From Candidatus Bathyarchaeota archaeon (lineage in GTDB: Archaea; Thermoproteota; Bathyarchaeia; Bathyarchaeales; Bathycorpusculaceae): 51,253 nt of DNA. Below, in pieces: positions 7,702 through 17,654 of the stretch. The DNA lies in the NCBI GenBank assembly GCA_963720565.1, contig CAVRFW010000011.1:1-51253 (forward strand), written 5' to 3'. The notes below the pieces were generated by a model, which saw nothing but the letters and a program-made list of their open reading frames with translations, was not told the origin of the DNA and made no database searches. The translations under genes were made by a program, and so were the position numbers. Each line of letters starts with the position of its first letter. Position 1 is the first letter of the stretch.

Positions 7702-9399
7702 GTGAACCAACAGTACATAGACGAGCAGACGCAACAACAGATCACAGACTTCTGTAGACACATCGCCAAACCAGCCGAAGTCACTGCCATAAGCCTTTTC
7801 AACAGTAATACGAGTGAGTCGCTGAACAGAAAAACAATCTTGGAGATCATGCTCGTTATTCGCGACTTCAAGTCCAGGCTTACGAGCTACTTCAAAATAG
7901 TAAATCAAAGACCAATCGTCTTTCTCGCCGTGGACCAATGGGTTTTTGAGAGAGACGTCGAACGTGGCTTTTTGGGTGAAGCTTTCGCAGGAACCTTGGT
8001 CTTCCCCTACACTGCTCTCCAAGGAAAAAACTACCTTAAGGAACAGGAAATAAAACTGAAGAAACGTCTAGTTCTTGAATTGCTGGAGAACATTGTCCTC
8101 AGTTATCCAGAGCTTTCCTACAGCGTTAAAATCAAGCCACAGTATTTCATGTATGAAGTCATACTGAACCGAGTAAGAGTATTTCCTCCTCTTACGTACA
8201 GCATCTCTAACCTACATGGAACGCTAACGGCTAAAGACCCAGAATCCGTGCTCCACGGGTACATGGAAGCATTAAAGCAACTTGAAACGGAGAAAAAAAT
8301 TGGTGTCTTAAGCGGTTACGTTACTATTCCAAGAGAATTCGTTGTCAAAAGTCAAAAACGAAGAGTGCGCTTTGCAAACCTAACCAAGAACACCCCCAGA
8401 ACCCTTTTCACCTCTTTAGTAAAGATTTTCCCTCAATTGCTAACCTTCTTTTCGCAGAACAGCGAAAGTTTACCTACCCTGCAAAACGTCATCCCGAAAA
8501 AAAGCAGTCAAAGCAGCCAGCAATTCATAGACCCGGAAAAATACGTTTTTGTTCCTACCTCAAAAGGCCTGGTCTCTTTCGCAGACCGCACAGGCATTGA
8601 AGACTTCGCCGAAAAGGTGCTGTTCAAAGGTGAAAACGCGAAGGTCAAGCTTGAACCAGTCGGAGGCGTTCTAAACGATGTCTACCTGATTAGAGCATAC
8701 TCCAAAGGCAAGGAGACGAAAGTCCTTGTTAAACGCTTCAAGGATTGGTCCGGTTTCAAATGGTTCCCACTATCCATATGGTCTCTTGGAGCCCGAACCT
8801 TCGCTGTACTAGGCAAATCAAGACTTGCCAAAGAATGCGCCATCAGCGAAGTCTTAAGGTGCGAAGGATTCAACGTTCCAAAGATTCTACATGTGAACAA
8901 CAATGAACGCCTCGTCTTCATGGAGTATATTGAAGGCGAAGACCTCAGCAACAGTATCAAAAGACTCGCAACGTCCAATGCCGAAGAAAACAAAAACAGA
9001 GAACTGGTGAATATAGAGAGAGTAGGCGAAATACATGCCCGAGTTCATTCTCTTAACGTTACATTGGGAGACACGAAACCAGAAAACATCATAATCGCTC
9101 CAAATGGTGATCTTTACCTTTTGGATTTTGAGCAAGCTTCCCGCAGCGACGACAAGGCATGGGACATAGCGGAATTCCTGTACTATTCAGGTCATTACCT
9201 TCAACCACCTTACGGAAACGGAAAAGCAGCGCTAATTGCCAACTCTTTCATAAGTGGCTACTTGAAAGGTGGAGGAGACCTCAACACTGTTCGGAAAGCA
9301 GGCGCAGCCAAATACACACGGGTCTTCAGCATCTTCACCACACCCTCAGTGATACTAGCTATGTCAAATGCATGCAAAACCGCCAGAGAACAGAAATAA
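7702..9399 (+). CDS. Atypical (Bud32/RIO/Kdo-like) kinase with a long N-terminal extension
   Basis: GGVLNDVY, VLVKRF, FMEYIEG, GDTKPENI, LLDFE and AWD motifs in the C-terminal third; GTG at 7702 after AGGTGG. Confidence 0.75.
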   Translation: MNQQYIDEQTQQQITDFCRHIAKPAEVTAISLFNSNTSESLNRKTILEIMLVIRDFKSRLTSYFKIVNQRPIVFLAVDQWVFERDVERGFLGEAFAGTLVFPYTALQGKNYLKEQEIKLKKRLVLELLENIVLSYPELSYSVKIKPQYFMYEVILNRVRVFPPLTYSISNLHGTLTAKDPESVLHGYMEALKQLETEKKIGVLSGYVTIPREFVVKSQKRRVRFANLTKNTPRTLFTSLVKIFPQLLTFFSQNSESLPTLQNVIPKKSSQSSQQFIDPEKYVFVPTSKGLVSFADRTGIEDFAEKVLFKGENAKVKLEPVGGVLNDVYLIRAYSKGKETKVLVKRFKDWSGFKWFPLSIWSLGARTFAVLGKSRLAKECAISEVLRCEGFNVPKILHVNNNERLVFMEYIEGEDLSNSIKRLATSNAEENKNRELVNIERVGEIHARVHSLNVTLGDTKPENIIIAPNGDLYLLDFEQASRSDDKAWDIAEFLYYSGHYLQPPYGNGKAALIANSFISGYLKGGGDLNTVRKAGAAKYTRVFSIFTTPSVILAMSNACKTAREQK

Positions 9400-9538
9400 G
9401 CTCTTCAATTGATTGAACAACTTGCTTCACAGACCTTACTAACATGATTGGCTCCGACCTTTCGGAATGATCTGCTGAAGAGTCTTTTCCCTGAACCCCA
9501 AGGTTTTATATCCTCTGTCTATTGGAATAATTATTGGG

Positions 9539-9826
9539 TTGCTTGTGACCAAAGTTCTTTACTATAAAGGAATTCACAAGGTGAAGGTTGTCACAGAAAG
9601 CGTAGGCTACTTGATTGTGGAGGCGCTGGAGGAGTTTTATGACTCCGATAATGGCGAAAGGGTCAAGGTTGCAGCGGGTGAGAGACGCATAGTACCCACG
9701 GACTCTGTGCACAAGAGAAGAGTTATGGCTCAAGTGAAGGAGCACACCTACGAGTTGAAGATGGAAAGAAAGCTTAAGCGGCTAGTTGAAAAAGAAGAAG
9801 ACAGACAGAAAGACGAGAAAACCTGA
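9539..9826 (+). CDS. Small hypothetical protein
   Basis: 95-aa ORF, beta-rich N terminus and charged helical tail. Confidence 0.65.
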   Translation: MLVTKVLYYKGIHKVKVVTESVGYLIVEALEEFYDSDNGERVKVAAGERRIVPTDSVHKRRVMAQVKEHTYELKMERKLKRLVEKEEDRQKDEKT

Positions 9827-10016
9827 AGACGCTCTTTTCCCAAATTTAGCCCAAGCAATTTTGTCGCGAGACACCCGTCCTTCCCTGGATGCTCAATTCT
9901 AGCTTTGCCTGATAGCTGCGAAATCTTTTCTACGGGATTGGTTTTTTAAGGAAGCGAATCATACTTGCACTGTTTAGAAAAGTCTAAACTAAGATGTTTA
10001 AAAGTTGAAATAGGGA

Positions 10017-11150
10017 TTGAAGATGCCTTCGCGGCTAATCGTGGTAAAAATCGGCACAAGCGGCATTACTACAGAAGACGGAAAACTTGACGAAGCAGAA
10101 ATGCGTCGATTGACCAGTCAAATATCTGCAGCGTTCAAGCAAGGAGACAAGATTGTTCTCGTCACGTCGGGAGCCGTTGCCGCAGGAATGGAAGAACTCT
10201 CTATACCGCCTAAACCAAACGACATAGTCTTCAAGCAAGCTTCAGCAGCTGCAGGGCAAAGCGTGCTGATGGCGAAGTACCGCGAATTTTTCCGAGAGCA
10301 TGGACTAAAAGTAGCCCAGATTCTACTCACCGCGGATGATCTGTCAAACCGGACATCCTATTTGCACACAGTCAACGTGCTGAGTATGCTGCTAAAACTT
10401 GGCGTAGTTCCTATAATCAATGAGAACGACGTGACCTCAATCGACGAGATCAAGCCCATCAACGGCCTTAAGAAAAACTTCAGCGACAACGACATACTAT
10501 CGGTTCTCTTGGCAAACGCAATCTGCGCAGACCTGGTGGTTATTCTCTCAGACGTTGACGGTTTATACACGACAGACCCATCGAAACCTGACGCTGTAGT
10601 CATCAGAACTGTCGACAGCGTCACCCCTGAACTAAGGAGCACGCTAAAAGGCAAAAGCAAGCATGGCAGGGGAGGCATCCAAAGCAAAGTCAAAGCAGCT
10701 GAAATCGCAACGACATGCGGCATACCCGTAGTAGTTGCTAACGGAAGAAGAGAAAACGTTCTTCTAGACATACTCACAGGAAAAGAAGTGGGCACTTACT
10801 TCAAACCGCACAATAGGATGCCGGCCGTAAAGCGCTGGATTGCCTATGGCGCTTCCGCAAAGGGACAAATCGTCATCAACGAGGGCGCAAAAAAAGCCAT
10901 ACTGGGAGGGTCAAGCCTTCTGCCGGTAGGCGTCACAGAAGTGCGAGGGCACTTCAACGTTGGAGACGTGGTTAGTTTGGTGGACCAAAACAACTCCGAG
11001 TTCGCAAGGGGAGACTCTAACTACAATAGCGGAGAGTTAAGCCTAATAAAAGGGATGAAGATTACCGGGGTTAAGAAGAAACTCGGGATTGCCAGACCCA
11101 AGGATGTAATTGAACACAGGAATATTCACCTTACAGAGGAAAAAGAATGA
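10017..11150 (+). CDS. proB: Glutamate 5-kinase
   Basis: VVKIGTS, LVTSGAVAAG, PIINEND, SDND.LS and a C-terminal PUA domain. Confidence 0.97.
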   Translation: MKMPSRLIVVKIGTSGITTEDGKLDEAEMRRLTSQISAAFKQGDKIVLVTSGAVAAGMEELSIPPKPNDIVFKQASAAAGQSVLMAKYREFFREHGLKVAQILLTADDLSNRTSYLHTVNVLSMLLKLGVVPIINENDVTSIDEIKPINGLKKNFSDNDILSVLLANAICADLVVILSDVDGLYTTDPSKPDAVVIRTVDSVTPELRSTLKGKSKHGRGGIQSKVKAAEIATTCGIPVVVANGRRENVLLDILTGKEVGTYFKPHNRMPAVKRWIAYGASAKGQIVINEGAKKAILGGSSLLPVGVTEVRGHFNVGDVVSLVDQNNSEFARGDSNYNSGELSLIKGMKITGVKKKLGIARPKDVIEHRNIHLTEEKE

Positions 11151-12388
11151 TTGAAGAAATATGTAAGAAAGCAAAGGTTGCGTCTATGCAGCTTGCGCAA
11201 CTTCAAGCTGAGGAAAAAAATGATGCATTGGAAAGAATGGCTAGGGCGCTTGAAGCTAACATCGACAAGATTTTAGAAGCGAACAAGAAAGACGTTGACG
11301 CTGCCAAAGCCAAAGGCTTGAAGTCTGCGTTGCTTGACAGGTTAGCATTAGACAAGCGTAAAATCGGAAACATGGCACGCTGCCTAAGAGAAGTTGCCGC
11401 GTTGCCCGATCCTGTTGGCGCCATCGTTAGCTCATCGACCAGACCGAACGGTTTGATAATTGGACAGCTCCGCGTCCCTCTAGGCGTGATTGGAGTCATA
11501 TACGAATCAAGACCAGATGTTACTTCTGACGCTGCCGGAATCTGCATCAAATCGGGCAATGCGGTGATACTTAGAGGCGGTTCAGACGCCATTAAGTCCA
11601 ACCTGGCTTTAGGCGAGGTGCTCAGGGGAGCTCTGTCAGAATCTAAAGTGCCAGTTGAAGCTATTCAAGTGGTGAGTTCAACTGAAAGAAAGGTGGCAGA
11701 GGAATTCATGCAGATGAGAGAATACGTAAGCGTGTTGATTCCCCGTGGAGGAGCTGACCTTATTAAAACCGTTGTGGAGAAGGCTCGTATACCTGTCATC
11801 GAAACGGGCACGGGAAACTGCCACATCTACGTCGACGAAGACGCTGACTTAGAAAAGGCCATACCCATAATCATAAACGCGAAATGTCAAAGACCAGGAG
11901 TTTGCAATGCAACCGAGAAACTCTTGGTGCACAAAAGCATAGCTAACAGTTTTCTTCCGAGAATAATTGCCGCGCTCCGAGAAGAAGGAGTTGAAGTCAG
12001 AGGCGACGCCCAAACAGCAAATGTTGTTTCAGATGTCAAAATAGCCCAAGAAGAAGACTGGTACACAGAATACTTGGATTTGATCATCGGAGTCAAAGTT
12101 GTGAAGGACATAGACGAGGCAATCGCTCACATAAACAAGTACGGGTCTAAGCATTCAGAGGCCATTCTAACATCAGAATTCGACAGGGCGATCCGCTTCA
12201 TGAAGGAAGTCGATTCAGCCGCAGTCTACTGGAACGCATCCACACGTTTCACAGACGGCAACCAGTTCGGCTTGGGCGCAGAAATCGGAATCAGCACACA
12301 AAAGATGCATTGCCGAGGGCCCATGAGCGTTCAGCACCTAACAACTACGAAATACTGCATATTGGGCACCGGACAGATAAGAAGCTAA
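11147..12388 (+). CDS. proA: Gamma-glutamyl phosphate reductase
   Basis: VPLGVIGVIYESRP, GVCNA.E, NASTRFTDG.QFGLGAEIGISTQK; ATGA overlap with proB. Confidence 0.97.
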   Translation: MIEEICKKAKVASMQLAQLQAEEKNDALERMARALEANIDKILEANKKDVDAAKAKGLKSALLDRLALDKRKIGNMARCLREVAALPDPVGAIVSSSTRPNGLIIGQLRVPLGVIGVIYESRPDVTSDAAGICIKSGNAVILRGGSDAIKSNLALGEVLRGALSESKVPVEAIQVVSSTERKVAEEFMQMREYVSVLIPRGGADLIKTVVEKARIPVIETGTGNCHIYVDEDADLEKAIPIIINAKCQRPGVCNATEKLLVHKSIANSFLPRIIAALREEGVEVRGDAQTANVVSDVKIAQEEDWYTEYLDLIIGVKVVKDIDEAIAHINKYGSKHSEAILTSEFDRAIRFMKEVDSAAVYWNASTRFTDGNQFGLGAEIGISTQKMHCRGPMSVQHLTTTKYCILGTGQIRS

Positions 12389-12766
12389 AACGACCCCCTT
12401 CCAGAATAAGTTGCCCGATTAAGAAGCTTCAGAAGGTTTTCCAGGGATTGAGGATGAGGTTTCCTAATCCCTGGTGTTATGGAGGGCTTCTCCTTTCCCC
12501 TCTCTAATAGCACTTCAATTCGTCAAATAATAAAAGCAGTGTTTCCGAAATTGTAACATTCCGGGATTGCCCCATCCTTAGTTCACTTAATCGTTAAGCA
12601 TTTGCTCAGCTTACAGAGAACCCGCGATAGAGTAGTGCAAGTTTCGCGCGTTAGTAAACCAGCAAAACAAACCCTAAAAACCCTTTGAAGGGCATTCTGC
12701 CAAATTTCTTCAGACGCAGGTGAGGGGGTTTGATTCCCAGCACGTGAAGCTATGATGCTCAAACGC

Positions 12767-12826
12767 AGAATGAAGCTCCTAAAGGTTTAAGCCTATGTTT
12801 GTGGCGACGTTTTCCGCACTCCTTTT
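12767..12826 (+). repeat. 25-bp motif copy 1 plus conserved downstream tail
   Basis: agaatgaagctcctaaaggtttaag (19/25 to copies 2 and 3) followed by tttgtggcgacgt...ccgcac. Confidence 0.75.
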
Positions 12827-12897
12827 TTCAGTGATACGAAGCGCAGGCTACCACAATGATATAAAGCTTTAACGCACGTTTAGGAAAACGATAAGCC

Positions 12898-13389
12898 ATG
12901 CCCCAACCTGTCCATTACAAATTTACTCAACATTTTAGCCAGCCAGCCCGCAAAGCGTACGAATGGTGCACGAACTTCACGCCCGAAGACCAAGCTCTAT
13001 TGCGAGAAGAAAACCCCACGCGGGAAGTGCAACAACTCACGCAAAACACGGTTTTCCTAACTGACAAAATCCACAACGAAGGCAAAACCACGGAAAAACA
13101 AAAACTCATCTGCCTCTATCCAAACAGGCTAATGTGGACTAGCACACACTTAACTGGACCAGCCAAACATTCACAGTTCATCTACGAAATCACATCAGAA
13201 ACCAAAACCACAAGCACCCTCAATTTTACTGCTTTGCACATCGCCCACGACTTAGAAGAAGGCAACAACAAAACTGAAACCAAACGTCTCGCGGAAAAAT
13301 TGAGATCGGAAGACTCTATCACCTGGAAGGAATTGGCGAATGAAATGGAGAAGGAACTGGGAAAAAGTCACCCAAAGAGGTTTGCCTAA
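12898..13389 (+). CDS. Hypothetical protein, possibly SRPBCC/START-like fold
   Basis: 163-aa ORF; P..KAYEWCT.F start, beta-rich core and C-terminal W..LA..ME helix. Confidence 0.7.
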   Translation: MPQPVHYKFTQHFSQPARKAYEWCTNFTPEDQALLREENPTREVQQLTQNTVFLTDKIHNEGKTTEKQKLICLYPNRLMWTSTHLTGPAKHSQFIYEITSETKTTSTLNFTALHIAHDLEEGNNKTETKRLAEKLRSEDSITWKELANEMEKELGKSHPKRFA

Positions 13390-13500
13390 GCAGAAAAGAA
13401 ACTCTTGGTTCTGCATCCAGAAAATTAACTTACCAGAAATAGTTAATTGCTATTAACAAGTCTTAAATGGAGATATCAAAATACTATTTTAGACCCAAAA

Positions 13501-13764
13501 TTGATCGAAGTTATCCCCATTCTCGCTATAGTCTTTGGCTCTTTCATAGGTATTATTGTCGTTGTTTTGGCTTATGCAGCTTACACAGAAAAAAAAGAGA
13601 GACAATATCAATTAGCACTTGCTCAATTAAGGAATTCAGCTTCTGAAAAAGAGACTAAGGAAATTATCAAAGAGATTGTAATGATACCTTGCCAGTATTG
13701 CGGGTCTTTAATTCCTCAAACGTCATTAGTTTGTAGTAACTGCGGTGCTGGAAGAAAACAGTAG
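13501..13764 (+). CDS. Membrane-anchored zinc-ribbon protein
   Basis: N-terminal TM helix, EIIKEIVMIPCQYCG...CSNCGA. Confidence 0.75.
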   Translation: MIEVIPILAIVFGSFIGIIVVVLAYAAYTEKKERQYQLALAQLRNSASEKETKEIIKEIVMIPCQYCGSLIPQTSLVCSNCGAGRKQ

Positions 13765-13860
13765 AGATGCATCAGTAAAAGCGTGCGCCGCAACCGAGAA
13801 ACATGGAATTGTGAAGTTCAGGCGACCTAAGCGATTTGGAATTATTATAGTCTTAGACGA

Positions 13861-13926
13861 AGAATTCCATGCCTAAAGGTTTAAGACCCAATTTGTGGCG
13901 ATGTCACCCGCACAATCCCCTTTTTC
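13861..13926 (+). repeat. 25-bp motif copy 2 plus conserved downstream tail
   Basis: agaattccatgcctaaaggtttaag followed by tttgtggcgatgt...ccgcac. Confidence 0.85.
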
Positions 13927-13959
13927 TTTCTATCCATAAACGATTAGCTAGCTTTTGCT

Positions 13960-14361
13960 TTAGAGAAGCTTCCTTAGTGCCCCAATAGACACTACGTTTG
14001 AGATTTCTTCGACAAACTTGGCCCTGACAGGAGTATCTGACGCAATCCCGCTCCTGAGGATAATCGGCGTGAGGTCATTGTCTTGAGCTCCAATATATGT
14101 TGACAGAACGCACTCTTCTGCGCAAAAGCCTGTTATTATGACAGTGTCAACGCCCAGCTCCCGCAGCTTTTCCGCCAGTTGGGTTTTCGTAAAGGAATTG
14201 CCGTAGGTTTTGACTATTCTCAGGTCTTGCTCCTCAAGGTCAACGCTTTCATGTACTTCAAAATTCGCGTTACCAGGAACAAGCCCTTCGCTGTCGTTTC
14301 TGTGCTGTATTACCACAATTGGCAAGCCTTTCTTCCTGAACAACGGTATTGCCTCGTTGAT
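13960..14361 (-). pseudogene. 5'-truncated isochorismatase/cysteine hydrolase
   Basis: Keeps VKTYGNSF and ITGFCAEECV.ST; lacks the N-terminal IDxQ motif. An in-frame stop lies inside the 25-bp repeat immediately upstream. Confidence 0.8.
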
Positions 14362-14386
14362 AGAATTCCATGCCTAAAGGTTTAAG
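14362..14386 (+). repeat. 25-bp motif copy 3, overlapping the likely BRE/TATA of rps30e
   Basis: Identical to 13861-13885; AAAGG-TTTAAG ends 40 nt before the rps30e ATG. Confidence 0.85.
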
Positions 14387-14425
14387 TGTCTGGGATATGC
14401 TCTATGTGAAATCAGGTGAAAAATA

Positions 14426-14587
14426 ATGCCAACGCACGGTTCACTATCCAAAGCGGGAAAAGTTAGATCACAGACCCCGAAAATTGCGGCTCAAGAGAAA
14501 ACCAAGCCCAGTCCTAAAGCTAGAAGCAGACGTAACTACGAAAAACGGGTGCTTCTGCAGAGGAAACCTGGGCAAAACTGGATGTAA
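14426..14587 (+). CDS. rps30e: 30S ribosomal protein S30e (not in ORF track)
   Basis: Hand translation [53 protein letters not shown]. Confidence 0.95.
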   Translation: MPTHGSLSKAGKVRSQTPKIAAQEKTKPSPKARSRRNYEKRVLLQRKPGQNWM

Positions 14588-14689
14588 ACGTCTGCCCAGA
14601 AATAGTTCGAGTTTTTACGAGGCATGATACATCTTGTGCCAATGCAGTTTATCTACCACTTAAGAGAGAATTAGTGCGGTAGCTGGGTC

Positions 14690-16285
14690 GTGGACATAGA
14701 AAACGCCACTAGGGAAATCATTGAAGCCCTCATGTTTCTGGAGTGCCCCACACACGACGACGCAAACCGAATTAAAATGCAAATAGCCGCCAAACATCAT
14801 CTTAAAAGAATGCCCTCTAACGCCGAGATAATAGCTGCATTGAGCGAAAACGAAAAAACGCGGCTGCTAAGAATACTGCGCAGAAAAGATACGCGTGTTA
14901 TATCGGGTGTCACCGTCGTAGCTGTTATGACTAAACCGCATCCATGCCCACAAGAAGAACCCTGCGCTTATTGTCCAGGTGGCCCATCACAAGGCGTGCC
15001 ACAAAGTTACACGGGCAACGAGCCAGCAGCCCTCCGCGGAAGCCAAAACAGTTATGACCCTTACCTCCAAGTTGGACATCGAATTAGACAACTAACCGCC
15101 ATCGGACATCGTGTAGACAAGATAGAGCTTATCGTTATGGGCGGCACTTTCCCATCCACCCCGGTTGAATATCAAACATGGTTCATCCAACGTTGTTTAG
15201 ACGCCATAAACGGAAAGGAATCTGAGAATCTGAGGCAAGCTCAAACTTACTCGGAAACCAGCAAAATACGCAATGTTGGAATCACGGTGGAGACGCGACC
15301 AGACTGGGCAAAACAGCCACACATAGATAGAATGCTGGGTATGGGCGTAACCAGAATAGAACTAGGCGTTCAAAACCCTAACGACAGAATATACAGTTTG
15401 GTAGGTCGAACCCACAAAGTCACAGACGTAATAGAAGCCACCCGCACCGCAAAGGATGCAGGGTTGAAAATCGTTTATCACCTAATGCCTGGAATGCCGG
15501 GGTCAAATCCAACAGAAGACTTGGAAGCTTTCACTCAAGTCTTCAAGGACCCTGCGTTCAAACCAGATATGATAAAAATCTATCCTTGCCTAGTTATAGG
15601 GAAAACAAAAACCCATGACTGGTACATCAAAGGCGAGTATACGCCATATTCCACAGAGGAAGCCACGAGTCTGATTGCAGAAGTTAAGAAACGAATTCCC
15701 CCATGGGTCCGAGTTATGCGAGTGCAACGGGATATTCCGGCTCGGAACATAGTTGCCGGCGTGAAGAAGAGCAATCTTCGCCAACTTGTACAGCTAAAAC
15801 TAGCTGATCAAGGCGAAAAATGTGGGTGTATCCGTTGCAGGGAAGTAGGTCACAGAATGGTTGTTGACCATGTTGCGCCCGATTTGGATAATGTTAAGAC
15901 ACTATCAACCCATTATGAGGCTTCCGAGGGCGAAGAAATTTTTCTGTCAACCGAAGACCCGATAAACGATGTCTTGGTAGGTTACCTGCGTTTGCGAATA
16001 CCTTCAGCCAAAGCACATAGACCAGAAATCACGGTTGTCCCTTCTGCCATCGTGCGGGAACTCCACGTTTATGGCCCCCTTGTGCCGGTGGGCAAACACT
16101 CTTCTCAAGCATGGCAACACAGAGGGTACGGTTCTATTCTCCTTCGTGAAGCAGAACGCGTATCACATGAAGATTATGATTTGAAAAAGATTTTAGTTAT
16201 AAGTGCGTTAGGCACAAAACAGTATTACATGCAGCACGGGTATGAGAGAGACGGAGTCTACATGTCCAAGAAAATGGAGGATTAA
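14690..16285 (+). CDS. elp3: tRNA uridine(34) acetyltransferase Elp3 (radical SAM + GNAT)
   Basis: CP...C.YCPGG, QSYTG.EP, ETRPD, RELHVYG, QHRGYG. Confidence 0.96.
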   Translation: MDIENATREIIEALMFLECPTHDDANRIKMQIAAKHHLKRMPSNAEIIAALSENEKTRLLRILRRKDTRVISGVTVVAVMTKPHPCPQEEPCAYCPGGPSQGVPQSYTGNEPAALRGSQNSYDPYLQVGHRIRQLTAIGHRVDKIELIVMGGTFPSTPVEYQTWFIQRCLDAINGKESENLRQAQTYSETSKIRNVGITVETRPDWAKQPHIDRMLGMGVTRIELGVQNPNDRIYSLVGRTHKVTDVIEATRTAKDAGLKIVYHLMPGMPGSNPTEDLEAFTQVFKDPAFKPDMIKIYPCLVIGKTKTHDWYIKGEYTPYSTEEATSLIAEVKKRIPPWVRVMRVQRDIPARNIVAGVKKSNLRQLVQLKLADQGEKCGCIRCREVGHRMVVDHVAPDLDNVKTLSTHYEASEGEEIFLSTEDPINDVLVGYLRLRIPSAKAHRPEITVVPSAIVRELHVYGPLVPVGKHSSQAWQHRGYGSILLREAERVSHEDYDLKKILVISALGTKQYYMQHGYERDGVYMSKKMED

Positions 16286-16289
16286 GAGT

Positions 16290-17654
16290 ATGAGTCAAGA
16301 AACAAGTTCAGGTTACAAGGGCGAAGCACGAAAGGTCTTAGATGACGCAGGATGCGAAGTCGGCGATATCGTGCGTGTTATCAACAAAGGAAAAGCGTAC
16401 GAGGGAATACTTATCCCCCGGTCAGAATCGAGAGACGATGAACACGTCGTAGTGAAACTGAAGAGTGGCTACAACCTCGGAGTGAAAGTTACAGCTGAAA
16501 TGAAAATTGAGAAAATCGGAAAGGGCATCAAACCTACGTTTGCGCCGCCACCCCTTCCCACACAAAAAGGGACCCTGCCAAAAGTCGTTATTATGAGCAC
16601 CGGAGGCACAATTGCGAGTCGTGTGGACTACCGAACAGGAGCTGTGCGCCCAGCTTTGTCCGCCAGCGATCTTTACGGCGTGGTTCCAGAACTCGCAGAT
16701 CTCGCACATGTGGATACACAAATTCTTTTCAGCTTGTATAGCGAAAACATAACACAGGAACATTGGAAAAAAACGGCGATAGCTGCTGCGGAACATATCG
16801 AGCGTGGCGTAAAAGGCGTAATAATTGCTCATGGCACAGACACCATGGCTTACACGGCAGCAGCATTGAGTTTTGCGCTGCAAAACTTGCCTGTACCCGT
16901 CATAGTCGTCGGGGCCCAGAGGAGTTCGGATCGCCCGAGCTCTGATGCAGCTACAAACTTGATAGGAGCTGTGAAGGGAGCAGTCTATGGAGACTTTGCC
17001 GAGGTAGTAATAGCCATGCATGAGAATATGGCAGACACAGCAATAGTTTTCAACAGGGGAACAAAAGTCCGTAAATGTCACACCAGTCGGAGAGACACGT
17101 TTAGGCCTGTCAACGGGTTGCCGATTGCGCGATCAGATGAGCAGGGCATAGTAATGCTAACGAAAGACTATAGGAAACGTGACGCGGAGAACAAGCTCGT
17201 CTTGAAGCCTGATTTCAGCAGAAAAGTTGCACTTGTGAAGTTCTATCCGGGTTTGGATCCCTCAGTTATTGACTGGTACACTGAAAGAGACGTAAAGGGG
17301 ATACTGCTTGAAGGAACAGGGCTAGGACACGTGAGCAAAGCCTGTTTTGGAGCCATACAAAACGCCATCAGTCAAGATGTACTTATCGGACTGGCTTCAC
17401 AGTGCATATGGGGACGCGTAAACATGAACGTTTACGATACTGGTCGTGACTTGCTAAACCTTGGAGTTGTCCCATTAGATGACATGTTCCCCGAAACAGC
17501 TTTGGTGAAACTCATGTGGGTTCTGGGTCAAACCCGAGATATAGAGGAAGCAAAAAAACTCTTGAAAACAAACATAGCAGGAGAATTTTCGCCACGGACA
17601 CTGCCTCAAGAATTTGGTGTTGAAAAAGAAGGAGACTCACCCGTTGGAAACTGA
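16290..17654 (+). CDS. gatD: Glu-tRNA(Gln) amidotransferase subunit D
   Basis: KLKSGYN, STGGTIASRVDYRTGAV, HGTDT, GAQRSSDRPSSD. Confidence 0.97.
   Translation: MSQETSSGYKGEARKVLDDAGCEVGDIVRVINKGKAYEGILIPRSESRDDEHVVVKLKSGYNLGVKVTAEMKIEKIGKGIKPTFAPPPLPTQKGTLPKVVIMSTGGTIASRVDYRTGAVRPALSASDLYGVVPELADLAHVDTQILFSLYSENITQEHWKKTAIAAAEHIERGVKGVIIAHGTDTMAYTAAALSFALQNLPVPVIVVGAQRSSDRPSSDAATNLIGAVKGAVYGDFAEVVIAMHENMADTAIVFNRGTKVRKCHTSRRDTFRPVNGLPIARSDEQGIVMLTKDYRKRDAENKLVLKPDFSRKVALVKFYPGLDPSVIDWYTERDVKGILLEGTGLGHVSKACFGAIQNAISQDVLIGLASQCIWGRVNMNVYDTGRDLLNLGVVPLDDMFPETALVKLMWVLGQTRDIEEAKKLLKTNIAGEFSPRTLPQEFGVEKEGDSPVGN

Noticed and set aside
12716..12740. GCAGGTGAGGGGGTTTGATTCCCAG resembles the reverse complement of a tRNA 3' end (possible att remnant)
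   Set aside because: The T-stem has two mismatches, the T-loop is non-canonical and there is no anticodon or D arm.
12767..14386. CRISPR or dif/Xer interpretation of the 25-bp motif
   Set aside because: Spacing of 0.5-1.1 kb; no inverted 11-bp arms around a 6-bp spacer.
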